A stretch of DNA of 24,000 bases, from assembly GCF_015351235.1 (NCBI RefSeq), contig NZ_JADKSJ010000001.1:1093530-1117529 (forward strand). The letters are read 5' to 3'. The translations under genes and the position numbers were made by a program. The DNA is from Plantibacter sp. VKM Ac-2880. Lineage in GTDB: Bacteria; Actinomycetota; Actinomycetes; Actinomycetales; Microbacteriaceae. The notes under the pieces were generated by a model. It was not told the DNA's origin. It made no database searches and saw only the letters and a list, made by a program, of their open reading frames with translations. This document shows positions 8,255 to 16,893 of the stretch, one piece after another (within the stretch, counting starts at the first letter, position 1; every line of letters starts with the position of its first letter).

Positions 8255-9562
8255 ATGGGCACTATGCCACGTCTCCGTCCCGCGCGCCGTCGCGCATCCA
8301 TCGCCGCGACCCTGGCCGGAGTCATCGTCCTCTCACTGGGACTCGCGCAACCCGCTGCGGCGGTGGAGTACCCCAGCTGGGAGGACGTCGAGGCGGCCCG
8401 GTCGAGCGAGACGTCGAAGCAGTCGGCCATCGTCCAGATCGAAGGCCTCGTCCAGGAGCTCAAGAACGCCGCCGCGCTCGCCGAGGCCGAAGCGGTGTTG
8501 CGTGCGGACGAGTACGAGGCGGCGCAGCTCGCCGTCGACGAGGCCAGCTACCGTGCGGTGTCGCTCCGCGAGCAGGCCGTCGCCGCGACGACCGTCGCGG
8601 AGACGTCCAAGCGGCAGGCGGGTGCGCTCGTCGCGGCGTGGTTGCGGTCGGGGAACATCGACCTCTCGACCGCTGCCTTCCTGGACAACGAACCGGAGGC
8701 GCTCCTCGGCCGGCTGAGCACGATCTCGAAGCTCAGCGAGTCGACGGACGGCACCTACGACCGCGCGAAGACGGACGCGAACACCGCCTCGCTCCTCACC
8801 GAGCAGGCCACCATCGCCGAAGCCGCGCTCGGCGACCTCGCGGCGGCGGCCGAGACCGCCCTCGGTGACGCGGTCGCGGCCCGAGCAGACGCCGAGACCG
8901 CCGTGGCCGACCAGCAGGAGTACCTCGCCACGCTCGAGGCTCAGCTCATCGTCCTCAAGGAGAACCGCGCCGCCACGGAGGCCGACTACCGCAAGGGCGA
9001 GGAGGTGCGCGCGGCGGCTGCTGCTGCGGCTGCTGCGGCCGTGGCGGCCGCCGAAGCGGCCAGGGTCGCCGCCGAAGCCGCGGCGAACGCCGCGGCGAAC
9101 GCCGGTGGTGGTGGCGGTGGCGGTGGTGGAGCAAGCTCCGGTGCGGTCGGCGGTCAGGGCTGGGCGCTGCCGATCTCAGGCCGGATCACCGACAACTACG
9201 GACCACGACCGGGGCGGCCCGTGCCGGGCGTCAACGCGTTCCACTCCGGGACGGACATCGGAGCCGGGTGCGGTCGCGCGGTCTACGCCGCCAACGCCGG
9301 CCAGGTGGTCTACGCGGGGTGGCTCGGGACCTACGGCAACTGGGTCCTCATCGACCACGGCGGCGGAGTCATGACCGGGTATGCGCACAACAGCAGCATC
9401 CTCGTCGGCGAAGGCCAGTCGGTGTCCGCGGGTCAGAACATCTCCCTGGTCGGCTCGACGGGTGCCTCCAGCGGCTGCCACGTGCACTTCGAGGTCAGGA
9501 TCGGCGGCTCCCGCGTCGACGCGGTGCCGTTCATGGCGGACCGGGGCATCCGCCTGGGCTGA
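8255..9562 (+). CDS. Secreted coiled-coil M23 (LytM-type) metallopeptidase, paralog 1
   Basis: Signal peptide ending AAA|VE, a long Ala/Glu/Gln-rich helical region, and an Ala/Gly linker. The C-terminal M23 domain has HSGTD (HxxxD) and HVH (HxH) intact. Confidence 0.9.
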   Translation: MGTMPRLRPARRRASIAATLAGVIVLSLGLAQPAAAVEYPSWEDVEAARSSETSKQSAIVQIEGLVQELKNAAALAEAEAVLRADEYEAAQLAVDEASYRAVSLREQAVAATTVAETSKRQAGALVAAWLRSGNIDLSTAAFLDNEPEALLGRLSTISKLSESTDGTYDRAKTDANTASLLTEQATIAEAALGDLAAAAETALGDAVAARADAETAVADQQEYLATLEAQLIVLKENRAATEADYRKGEEVRAAAAAAAAAAVAAAEAARVAAEAAANAAANAGGGGGGGGGASSGAVGGQGWALPISGRITDNYGPRPGRPVPGVNAFHSGTDIGAGCGRAVYAANAGQVVYAGWLGTYGNWVLIDHGGGVMTGYAHNSSILVGEGQSVSAGQNISLVGSTGASSGCHVHFEVRIGGSRVDAVPFMADRGIRLG

Positions 9563-9589
9563 GCGGCGGGTCCGCCTGGAGGCGTCGCC

Positions 9590-10237
9590 TCAGAGGCCGA
9601 GGCGTTCGAGCTCCGCGTCCATGCGGCGCGCCATCTCGGCGTAGCCGTCGTCGTTCGGGTGCAGCCCGTCTGCGGCCATCCACTCCGGGTGCCCCTCGAT
9701 CCAGTGCGACGCTCCGGGGACGGTGTCCGCGTCGATCTCGCCCGCAGCGTCGGCCACCCAGCCGATGATCGTCTCGATCGCCGCCGGGCGCTCGTCCGTG
9801 TACCAGAAGGGCTCGACGACGATGAAGCGGGCGTCCGGCAGGGCGTCGCGCAGGCGGTGCAGGTCGGTGTCGATCTGCTCGTGGATCCGATCCGCCGAGC
9901 GGTCGAAGCTGAAGGCGTCGTTGAGCCCCATCGTCACGAAGACGATCTCGGGGCGTTCGGCGATGATGAGTGAGGGCAGATCGCCGCTGTCGTCGCCGAA
10001 GCGGTCGCGGTGGTTGATGAAGCCCAGGCCGTTCACGCTCGGGTTGAACTCGCGCCATCCTCGTTCTTCGCTGACCACCGTCGACCACCGGTTCGCCGGG
10101 TCGCTCGCACCGGTGCCGAGCGTGTAGGAGTCTCCGTAGAAGGCGACGACCGGGCCGTCGTCGTCGGACTGGGCGCATCCGGTGAGCCCGGCGGCCAGGG
10201 CGAGCACCGCGGCGGCGGCGAGCAGTCGTGATCTCAT
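9590..10237 (-). CDS. SGNH/GDSL-family hydrolase lipoprotein
   Basis: Lipobox LTGC after a signal peptide. Block I is FYGDSYT, with GxND (GLNDA) and a C-terminal DGLHP block. Confidence 0.85.
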   Translation of the reverse strand: MRSRLLAAAAVLALAAGLTGCAQSDDDGPVVAFYGDSYTLGTGASDPANRWSTVVSEERGWREFNPSVNGLGFINHRDRFGDDSGDLPSLIIAERPEIVFVTMGLNDAFSFDRSADRIHEQIDTDLHRLRDALPDARFIVVEPFWYTDERPAAIETIIGWVADAAGEIDADTVPGASHWIEGHPEWMAADGLHPNDDGYAEMARRMDAELERLGL

Positions 10238-10304
10238 ACGGGTGCTTCGGAACGGGCGTCATCGCGGAGGGGTGGTCAAATGCGTCCGCCGTCGGCAAGC
10301 GTGT

Positions 10305-10346
10305 ACGCGGATGCGGTCGAGACTAGGGCGATCAGACGCGGATGCG
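10305..10346. promoter_or_regulatory. Direct repeat ACGCGGATGCG x2 (31-bp spacing) upstream of the mod regulator gene
   Basis: Identical 11-mers lie at 10305-10315 and 10336-10346. A related inverted copy (ATGCGTCCGCC) lies about 30 bp further upstream. Location suggests an operator, but that function is inferred. Confidence 0.3.
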
Positions 10347-10363
10347 TGGACTAACCTGACTCC

Positions 10364-10768
10364 ATGCCGCAGATCCGTATCCGAGACGCCGCCCTGTTCC
10401 TCGGGGTCAGTGACGACACCGTCCGCCGCTGGATCGACCAGGGCGCGCTCGTGAGCGCGAAGGACGACGCCGGCCGCGCGGTCGTCGACGGCCTGTCGCT
10501 CGCGCAGCTCGCCCGGCAGAACGCCGTCCTCCCCGTCGACCCCTCGGAAATCGGACGCTCCGCCCGGAACCGCTTCGTCGGCATCGTCACGGACATCACG
10601 ATGGACACGGTCATGGCGCAGGTGGAACTGCAGTGCGGGCCGCACCGCGTGGTGTCGCTCATGAGCAGTGAGGCCGTGCGCGAACTCGGCCTCGAACTCG
10701 GCTCCACGGCCATCGCGGTCGTGAAGGCCACGACGGTCCTCATCGAGACCCCGAAGGCGAGCTCATGA
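10364..10768 (+). CDS. HTH (excisionase/MerR-like) plus TOBE/Mop domain protein, likely molybdate-responsive regulator
   Basis: N-terminal IRDAALFLGVSDDTVRRWIDQG and C-terminal Mop/TOBE pattern RNRFVGIVTDI...AQVELQCG...SLMSSEAVRELGLELGSTAIAVVKAT. Its stop overlaps the modA start (ATGA). Confidence 0.8.
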   Translation: MPQIRIRDAALFLGVSDDTVRRWIDQGALVSAKDDAGRAVVDGLSLAQLARQNAVLPVDPSEIGRSARNRFVGIVTDITMDTVMAQVELQCGPHRVVSLMSSEAVRELGLELGSTAIAVVKATTVLIETPKASS

Positions 10769-11580
10769 ACCGCACCGCATTCCTTCGATCCGTCCGACTG
10801 CTCAGCGCCGTGGCGCTCGGCGTCGGGATCCTGCTCGCGGCATCCGCCTGCGCCGCGCCCGCGCCCGCGGCCACCCCGACCGGCTCCTCCACGGCCCACG
10901 ACCTCAGCGGTTCCATCACGGTGTACGCCGCCGCATCCCTCAAGACGAGCTTCACGACGCTCGCGGAGGACTTCGAACAGGCGCACCCCGGCACGAGCGT
11001 CGAGCTCACCTTCGCCGGGTCGTCCGACCTCGTCACGCAGCTCACGAACGGTGCTCCCGGGGACGTCTTCGCCTCAGCGGACGAGAAGAACATGGCGAAG
11101 CTGATCGATGCCGACCTCGTCGAGGGCGACCCGGTCGACTTCGCGACCAACGTCCTGCAGATCGCCGTCCCCCCGTCGAACCCTGCCGAGGTCGAGACCT
11201 TCGCCGACCTCGCCCGTCCGGGCGTCAAGACGGTCGTGTGCGCGCCGCAGGTGCCGTGCGGCGCGGCGACGGTCGCCGTCGAGGACGCCACGGGCGTCGC
11301 GCTCAGCCCGGTCAGTGAGGAGTCGTCGGTCACCGACGTCCTCGGCAAGGTGACCTCGGGGGAGGCCGATGCCGGGTTGGTCTATGTGACGGACGTGATC
11401 GCGGCGGGCGATGCGGTGCGGGGCATCGCCTTCGACGAATCGTCGAAGGCCGTCAACACCTACCCGACCGCGCCGCTCGCCGGGAGCGCGAACCCCGCAC
11501 TCGCGGCGGCCTTCGCCGCCTTCGTCGTGAGCGCCGACGGGCAGCGCGTGCTCGCCGATGCCGGCTTCGGCGCCCCGTGA
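10765..11580 (+). CDS. modA: Molybdate ABC transporter substrate-binding lipoprotein
   Basis: Lipobox (AASAC), then ITVYAAASL...FE..HPG..V...FAGSS.L..Q...GAP.DVFASAD and a later GEADAG.VY.TD. This is the canonical ModA pattern. Confidence 0.9.
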   Translation: MNRTAFLRSVRLLSAVALGVGILLAASACAAPAPAATPTGSSTAHDLSGSITVYAAASLKTSFTTLAEDFEQAHPGTSVELTFAGSSDLVTQLTNGAPGDVFASADEKNMAKLIDADLVEGDPVDFATNVLQIAVPPSNPAEVETFADLARPGVKTVVCAPQVPCGAATVAVEDATGVALSPVSEESSVTDVLGKVTSGEADAGLVYVTDVIAAGDAVRGIAFDESSKAVNTYPTAPLAGSANPALAAAFAAFVVSADGQRVLADAGFGAP

Positions 11581-11584
11581 CCGC

Positions 11585-12427
11585 ATGAGGAACCCGGGCT
11601 CGGGGGTGCCCCGCTGGGTCGTCGTGATCGCGGCGATCGGAGCGGCGTTCGTGCTGCTCCCGCTCGTCGCGATCGTGCTGCGGGTCGACTGGGCCGACTT
11701 CGGCGCCCTCGTCACCTCGGAGTCGTCGATCGCGGCGCTCGGCTTGAGTCTGCGGACCTCGCTCATCGCGACGGCACTGTGCATCCTGTTCGGCGTGCCG
11801 CTCGCACTCGTCCTCGCCCGCACGCGGTTCCCGGGCCAGCGGCTCCTGCGGTCGCTCGTCCTCCTCCCGCTCGTGCTGCCGCCGGTCGTCGGCGGCATCG
11901 CCCTGCTCTACACCTTCGGCCGGCTCGGCCTGCTCGGCCCGGCGCTGGCCGACGCCGGGCTCAGCATCGCGTTCTCCACGACCGCTGTGGTTCTCGCCCA
12001 GACCTTCGTCGCCCTGCCGTTCCTCGTCCTGAGTCTCGAGGGTGCGATCCGCACGAGCGGCGCGCGCTACGAGGCGGTCGCGGCGACGCTCGGGGCGCGG
12101 CCGACCACGGTGTTCCGGACGATCACGCTGCCGCTCCTCGCGCCCGCCATCGTCTCCGGCGCCATCCTCTCGTTCGCGCGTGCGCTCGGCGAGTTCGGTG
12201 CCACCCTCACCTTCGCGGGGAGTCTGCAGGGCGTGACCCGTACCCTCCCGCTCGAGATCTACCTGCAGCGCGAGACTGATCCGGACGCGGCGGTCGCCCT
12301 GTCGCTCGTCCTCGTCGTGGTCGCCGTGCTCGTCGTCGGGGTCGCCGGCGCCCGTGGAGCAGTGGCACGAGGTCCGGCTCGTGGGCGACGTCCGTCGTCG
12401 CGACCCGCTGTGGGAGCCGAGCGATGA
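11585..12427 (+). CDS. modB: Molybdate ABC transporter permease
   Basis: ModB/CysTW-type permease with [11 protein letters not shown] and the EAA-like loop [21 protein letters not shown]. An alternative start at ATG 11558 would overlap modA by 23 nt. Confidence 0.9.
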   Translation: MRNPGSGVPRWVVVIAAIGAAFVLLPLVAIVLRVDWADFGALVTSESSIAALGLSLRTSLIATALCILFGVPLALVLARTRFPGQRLLRSLVLLPLVLPPVVGGIALLYTFGRLGLLGPALADAGLSIAFSTTAVVLAQTFVALPFLVLSLEGAIRTSGARYEAVAATLGARPTTVFRTITLPLLAPAIVSGAILSFARALGEFGATLTFAGSLQGVTRTLPLEIYLQRETDPDAAVALSLVLVVVAVLVVGVAGARGAVARGPARGRRPSSRPAVGAER

Positions 12428-13506
12428 TCCCGGCGGAGTATGGCGGGTCGGCGCTCAGCCTGCGGGCGACCGTGGGCGCCCGCGATTGGGAGGTCGCGAT
12501 CGAACTCGCGCCAGGCGAGACCGTCGCCGTGCTCGGCCCGAACGGCGCCGGCAAGTCCACGCTGCTCGGCGTCCTCGCGGGACTGCTGCGGCCGGACACC
12601 GGGCAGGCGACGCTCGGCGATCGCGAGCTGTTCCGGGTGGATGAGGGCGGCCATGGGCGCTGGCTCCCGCCGCACCGACGAGGCGTCTCGCTGCTCGCGC
12701 AGGAGGCGCTGCTCTTCCCGCACCGGACCGTGCTCGACAATGTCGCCTACGGTCCGCTCGTCGCCGGGGCGTCGCGTGGCGAGGCACGGGACATCGCCAG
12801 GCGGAGGTTGGCATCGGTGGAGGCGTCCCACCTCGAGGACCGTCGGCCCGCTGAGCTGTCCGGCGGTCAGGCGCAACGGGTGGCGCTCGCACGCGCGCTC
12901 GCGCCGGATCCCGCCCTGCTCCTCCTCGACGAACCGATGGCCGCGCTCGACGCCTCGGTCGCCCCACCGCTGCGGCGGATGCTCCGTGAACAGCTGCGCG
13001 GACGCACGACCCTGCTCGTGACCCACGAGGTACTCGACGCGTACACCCTGGCCGACCGGGTCGTCGTGCTCGACGACGGGCGCATCGTGGAGCAGGGGCC
13101 GACGTCGGAGGTGCTCGAGCGGCCGCGGACGGCGTTCACCGCGGACCTCGCCGGCCTGAACCTGCTGACGGGGGTGCGGACGCGGAGCGGGCTCCGGCTG
13201 GCCGACGGGACGGAGGTCGCGGTCGACTCGGCCGTCGATGCGGACCCCATCCCGCTGGGCGCGCCCGTCGCCTGCGCGTTCCGGCCCTCGCGGGTGGAGG
13301 TGTTCGATGCAGACGGGGCTCCGGGCGGTGACGCCGTCCGGGCGGTGATCACCGACCTCGAACCCCGTGGCGACGTCGTCCGGCTCCGCACCAAGCTCCT
13401 CTCGGCCGACGTCACCGTGCGGGAGCTCGCCTCGGCCGGGTGGTCCACCGGTGATGTCGTGGACGTCGTCGTCGACCCGCGGGCGGTGGTCCTCTACCCG
13501 CGATGA
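12424..13506 (+). CDS. modC: Molybdate ABC transporter ATP-binding protein with C-terminal TOBE-like domain
   Basis: Walker [10 protein letters not shown], signature LSGGQAQRV, Walker B LLLLDEP. ATGA start/stop overlap with modB. Confidence 0.9.
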   Translation: MIPAEYGGSALSLRATVGARDWEVAIELAPGETVAVLGPNGAGKSTLLGVLAGLLRPDTGQATLGDRELFRVDEGGHGRWLPPHRRGVSLLAQEALLFPHRTVLDNVAYGPLVAGASRGEARDIARRRLASVEASHLEDRRPAELSGGQAQRVALARALAPDPALLLLDEPMAALDASVAPPLRRMLREQLRGRTTLLVTHEVLDAYTLADRVVVLDDGRIVEQGPTSEVLERPRTAFTADLAGLNLLTGVRTRSGLRLADGTEVAVDSAVDADPIPLGAPVACAFRPSRVEVFDADGAPGGDAVRAVITDLEPRGDVVRLRTKLLSADVTVRELASAGWSTGDVVDVVVDPRAVVLYPR

Positions 13507-13540
13507 GCCGTGACCGACCGAGACGTGACACAGTGAGTCG

Positions 13541-14302
13541 ATGAACCGATTCTGGAGACGCTGGTGGCCGCTCGTCGTCGGGGCGGCCGGCACGCTTGCG
13601 ATCGGCGGGATCTGCGCGGCGCTCGTCGCCATGGGGCTCGTGCGGCCGAACGCCATCCTGGCGGCCTCGTACGCGGTGCGAGGGGTCGACGTCTCCTCGT
13701 ATCAGGGCGAGATCGACTGGGACGTCCTCGCGGCCCAGCGCATCGACTTCGCGATCATGAAGGCGACCGAGGGATCAGGCGATCAGGACGAACGGTTCGC
13801 CGCGAACTGGGCGGGTGCGCAGCGGGCTGCCGACGAGACCGGCTTGCTGATCGGGGCGTACCACTTCCTGAGCTTCGACAGCCCGGCCGAGACACAGGCC
13901 CAGAACATCTTCGACACCGTCCCCGTCACCGCAGGGGCGTTGCCGATCACCATCGATCTCGAGTGCTACGCCGACTACTGTCGGACGCCACCGAGCGCTG
14001 AGCGGGTCGCCGCCGTCCTCGACCCGCTCCTCGCGGCGCTCGAGGAGCACTACGGGCAGCCGCCGATCATCTACGCGACCATGCGGTATTACGACGCGTT
14101 CCTCGCGGGTGCGTACGAGCGGAACCCGCTCTGGATCCGCTCCGTCGTCACCCCACCGGTCCTGTCGGACGGGCGGGCGTGGGACCTCTGGCAGTACACG
14201 AGCCGGGAACGCCTGGCCGGATACCGCGGCAAGGAGGAGTTCATCGACGTGAACGTCTTCGACGGCTCCCTGGACGACCTCCGAGCGCTCGTCGGCCCCT
14301 GA
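13541..14302 (+). CDS. Glycoside hydrolase family 25 muramidase (membrane-anchored lysozyme)
   Basis: N-terminal TM anchor, then the GH25 signature RGVDVSSYQGEIDW....IDFAIMKATEG......F..NW......G...GAYHF. Confidence 0.85.
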   Translation: MNRFWRRWWPLVVGAAGTLAIGGICAALVAMGLVRPNAILAASYAVRGVDVSSYQGEIDWDVLAAQRIDFAIMKATEGSGDQDERFAANWAGAQRAADETGLLIGAYHFLSFDSPAETQAQNIFDTVPVTAGALPITIDLECYADYCRTPPSAERVAAVLDPLLAALEEHYGQPPIIYATMRYYDAFLAGAYERNPLWIRSVVTPPVLSDGRAWDLWQYTSRERLAGYRGKEEFIDVNVFDGSLDDLRALVGP

Positions 14303-14328
14303 GCCGCGGCGTCCGATGGCGCCTCGGC

Positions 14329-14469
14329 TTACGGGGCGGGTGCGGGGCCGGTGGTCGGCTCGGCGACGGGGAGGAACGTGTCCTCGCCGTCGACCTCCTG
14401 CTCGATGGAGTCCTCGGTGGTCTCCGTGTCCTCGGGGATGCGGTCGTCGTTCGCTGCGTGCTTGCTCAT
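14329..14469 (-). CDS. Small acidic hypothetical protein (46 aa, MSKHAANDDRIPEDTETTEDSIEQEVDGEDTFLPVAEPTTGPAPAP)
   Basis: Not in the supplied ORF track because it is too short. It has an ATG start and nearly all codons end in G/C, as in the genuine genes here. I do not recognise a family. Confidence 0.35.
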   Translation of the reverse strand: MSKHAANDDRIPEDTETTEDSIEQEVDGEDTFLPVAEPTTGPAPAP

Positions 14470-14545
14470 ACGACCACGATACGACGGCTGTCGCGCAGAG
14501 CAATGGGGTTGCGAGCCGACGTCGGGCGCCTGCCGACGATCGCGC

Positions 14546-15157
14546 TCAGGAGGCGAAGGCGAGCGAGCGGGCTTCGAGTTCGGCGGTCAGGACGTCGATG
14601 GCCGTCGGGCCGACGCCGTGGATCCGCAGCAGCACCGCAGGGGAGACCCTGGTGAGCTGCTCGAATCGGGTGAACCCGTGTGCGGACAGCGCCCTGCCGG
14701 CGACCGATCCGATCGCGGCCGGGAACTCCGACGTCTCGGCGGGTGTCAGCTCCACGAACAGTGCGGCGATGCGCTCCTCGATGTCGTCGCGGATGCGACG
14801 GACGGCGTCGATCCCCTGCCCGGCGGGGTCCTCGAGCTCCCAGTCCTCGTAGCGCTTGCCGGGGAAGATCGGGCAGGCGTCGCCACAGCCCATGGTGATC
14901 ACCGCGTCCGACGCCCGCACCGCTTCCGTGGTGAGGATGCGCGGGACGGCGGCCGTGATGTCGATGCCGTGCTCCGCCATCGCCTCGACGGCGACCTGGT
15001 TGATGCGGTCTTTGGGTTCACTGCCCGCGGAGAGCACCTCGACCCGGTCGCCGGCGAGCGCCCCGAGGAAGCCGGCCGCCATCTGGGAGCGTCCGGCGTT
15101 GTGCACGCAGACGAAGAGGACGGTCGGTGTCGTCGGCGTGGTCGGGTCGATGGTCAT
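14546..15157 (-). CDS. arsC: LMW-phosphatase-type arsenate reductase-like protein with extra C-terminal HhH-like domain
   Basis: P-loop VLFVCVHNAGRSQMAAG (CX5R-S) and TMGCGDACP...GKRYEDWELEDPAG are typical of thioredoxin-coupled ArsC. About 70 extra C-terminal residues (..FTRFEQLTRVSPAVLLRIHGVGPTAIDVL..) go beyond the usual ~135-aa domain. Confidence 0.85.
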   Translation of the reverse strand: MTIDPTTPTTPTVLFVCVHNAGRSQMAAGFLGALAGDRVEVLSAGSEPKDRINQVAVEAMAEHGIDITAAVPRILTTEAVRASDAVITMGCGDACPIFPGKRYEDWELEDPAGQGIDAVRRIRDDIEERIAALFVELTPAETSEFPAAIGSVAGRALSAHGFTRFEQLTRVSPAVLLRIHGVGPTAIDVLTAELEARSLAFAS

Positions 15158-15753
15158 GGCGTCTCCTGGAGGTGGGGTGATCCGAGCGCGGACGAACGGT
15201 CGAGCAGCTCGACGAGGACAGCGTAGCTCGCGCCGGGCTCGGCACCGCGGGTGAAGCCGTCGACGAGCTCGAGGGACACGAAGCCGTGGAGGGCCGCGCG
15301 GACGATCCTGCCGGCGTCGGTCATCGCGACGCTGTCGAGCCCGCGTCCCGCGAGGGTCCGTTCGACGAGGAGGACGAGTTCCCGGTCGGCGGGGTCGCCC
15401 GCGGCGGTCCGGGCGTCGGTCGTCGAGAAGGCGAGGGTGTACCGGCCAGGGTAGGCGAGGGCGAAGCGACGGTAGGTGTCGGCCAGCGCGGTGAGCGCTC
15501 GCGTTCCGCCGAGGCCACTCGTCGCGATGTCGATGCTGCTGGCGAGGTGGGCCAGCGCGAGTGACGCGACGGCGGCTCGGAGGTCTTCGGTGCTCCGCAC
15601 GTGCTTGAGGAGCGCGGGCGCCGAGGTGTCCAGGTGCCGGGCCAGGGCGGCGAGCGTGAGTGCGTCGGCTCCGTGCGCGTCGGCGAACTCGGCGGCTCCG
15701 ACGATCACCAGCTGGCGGGAGAACTTCGTCCGGGAGACAGGTGTGTCGGTCAT
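15154..15753 (-). CDS. TetR/AcrR-family transcriptional regulator
   Basis: N-terminal TetR HTH (IVGAAEFADAHGADALTLAALARHLDTSAPALLKHV). Its stop overlaps the arsC-like start (ATGA at 15154-15157), implying one operon. Confidence 0.85.
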   Translation of the reverse strand: MTDTPVSRTKFSRQLVIVGAAEFADAHGADALTLAALARHLDTSAPALLKHVRSTEDLRAAVASLALAHLASSIDIATSGLGGTRALTALADTYRRFALAYPGRYTLAFSTTDARTAAGDPADRELVLLVERTLAGRGLDSVAMTDAGRIVRAALHGFVSLELVDGFTRGAEPGASYAVLVELLDRSSALGSPHLQETP

Positions 15754-15816
15754 CGGATCGAGCCTAACGGCTTGCGGTGGGCGCGCCGGTCTGCCTCTGG
15801 CGCCTCCGGGGTGGCG

Positions 15817-16275
15817 TCAGACGGTGGGTGGTGTCGCCTCGTGGTGGGGTGCACCGTGGGTGCGGCGGTCCTCCTTCATGGCGGCCTCCGCGAGGTGGCG
15901 GCGCCCGCCAGCGAGTTCGTCGCGCACCTGTGCCTCGAGCGTGCGGAACGGCTCCCAGTAGTTGCCGTCGTAGTCCTCGACGATCTGGAACGTCCAGCGA
16001 CCGTCGATGACGTTCCGCCCGACGAGTTCACGGTCGATGCGGTCGGCGAGCTCGGTCTGCCCGGCGTCGCGGAGCGCGTCCGCGGCTTCGCCCAGCGCGA
16101 GGTCCGCCTTGCCGGTGAGGCGGTGGAAGCCGTAGAGCATGCCGCGTGCCTGCTCCACCACCTCGAGGGCCTCGGTCACCTTGCCGACCGCCTCCACGGT
16201 CGCGTTGTCGACGCCGTCGGGAACTCGGTGGGCGTTGTCGGGTCCGTCGGTGGTGCGGTCGTCTGCAGAACTCAT
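15817..16275 (-). CDS. Hypothetical protein (152 aa), no family recognised
   Basis: ATG at 16275 (MSSADDRTTD...) with good G/C third-position bias. The track's longer version (to 16458) runs through the repeat hairpin and was trimmed. Confidence 0.65.
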   Translation of the reverse strand: MSSADDRTTDGPDNAHRVPDGVDNATVEAVGKVTEALEVVEQARGMLYGFHRLTGKADLALGEAADALRDAGQTELADRIDRELVGRNVIDGRWTFQIVEDYDGNYWEPFRTLEAQVRDELAGGRRHLAEAAMKEDRRTHGAPHHEATPPTV

Positions 16276-16384
16276 GCCACCAGTCTGTCTCGATCGAACC
16301 TGGATGTCGGGGGCTTGCGGATGGAGGTGCACGATGTCAGTCGGGCACGGTCCTTGCGCGCACCGAGCGGGCGCACCCCGACTG

Positions 16385-16453
16385 CCCTTCGACAAGCTCA
16401 GGGACCGAAGCGCGTCCGCTTGACCGCGCCTGGTCCTTGAGCTTGTCGAAGGG
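16385..16453. repeat. Inverted repeat / hairpin formed by two opposed copies of the core motif
   Basis: CCCTTCGACAAGCTCAGGGACC (16385-16406) pairs with GGTCCTTGAGCTTGTCGAAGGG (16432-16453). The arms are 22 bp with 1 mismatch and the loop is 25 nt. The right arm is also unit 0 of the 80-bp array. Confidence 0.9.
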
Positions 16454-16893
16454 CTCACGAGGAACCCTTGGAGACGCTGCGGACGCGGAGTGTGTCCGGT
16501 GGACCGTTCGCGGTCACTGAGCTTGTCGAAGTGCTCACGAGGAATCCTTCGAGACGCTGCGGACGCGGAGTGTGTCCGGTGAACCGCTCCCGGTCACTGA
16601 GCTTGTCGAAGTGCTCACGCAGAACCGTTGGGGACGCTGCGGGACCGGCGTGTGTCCGGTGGACCGTTCGCGGTCACTGAGGTTGTCGAAGTGCGCACGA
16701 GGACCCTTCGAGACGCTGCGGACCCGGAGTGTGTCGGGTGGACCGTTCCCGGTCACTGAGCTTGTCGAAGTGCCCACGAGGAATCCTTCGAGACGCTGCG
16801 GACGCGGAGTGTGTCCGGTGGACCGTTCGCGGTCACTGAGCTTGTCGAAGTGCCCACGAAGAACCCTCCGACACGCTCGGGGACCGGAGGTGG
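16438..16893. repeat. Tandem array, about 6 units of 80 bp (unit TGAGCTTGTCGAAGTGCTCACGAGGAATCCTTCGAGACGCTGCGGACGCGGAGTGTGTCCGGTGGACCGTTCGCGGTCAC)
   Basis: TGAG(C/G)TTGTCGAAG starts at 16438, 16518, 16598, 16678, 16757 and 16837, giving periods of 80, 80, 80, 79 and 80. The last unit degenerates and ends at the out-of-frame stop (16894) of the HNH gene. The period is not a multiple of 3. Confidence 0.95.

Noticed and set aside
10238-10363. Moco (molybdenum cofactor) riboswitch upstream of the mod operon
   Set aside because: The region is only 126 bp and lies upstream of a protein regulator gene. I could not recognise the conserved Moco RNA motif elements in it. A protein operator is the simpler explanation.
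12259-13656. 465-aa minus-strand ORF antisense to modC
   Set aside because: modC has complete Walker A, signature and Walker B motifs on the plus strand. The antisense ORF has no motifs and is Arg/Pro-rich.
16276-16458. N-terminal extension of the 15817 ORF to 16458
   Set aside because: The extension reads through the inverted-core hairpin (giving ..SLSLSKG..). The downstream ATG at 16275 begins the region with normal codon bias.
16438-16893. CRISPR array
   Set aside because: The entire 80-bp unit is repeated with only point differences. There are no unique spacers between short conserved repeats, and no cas genes are in the window.
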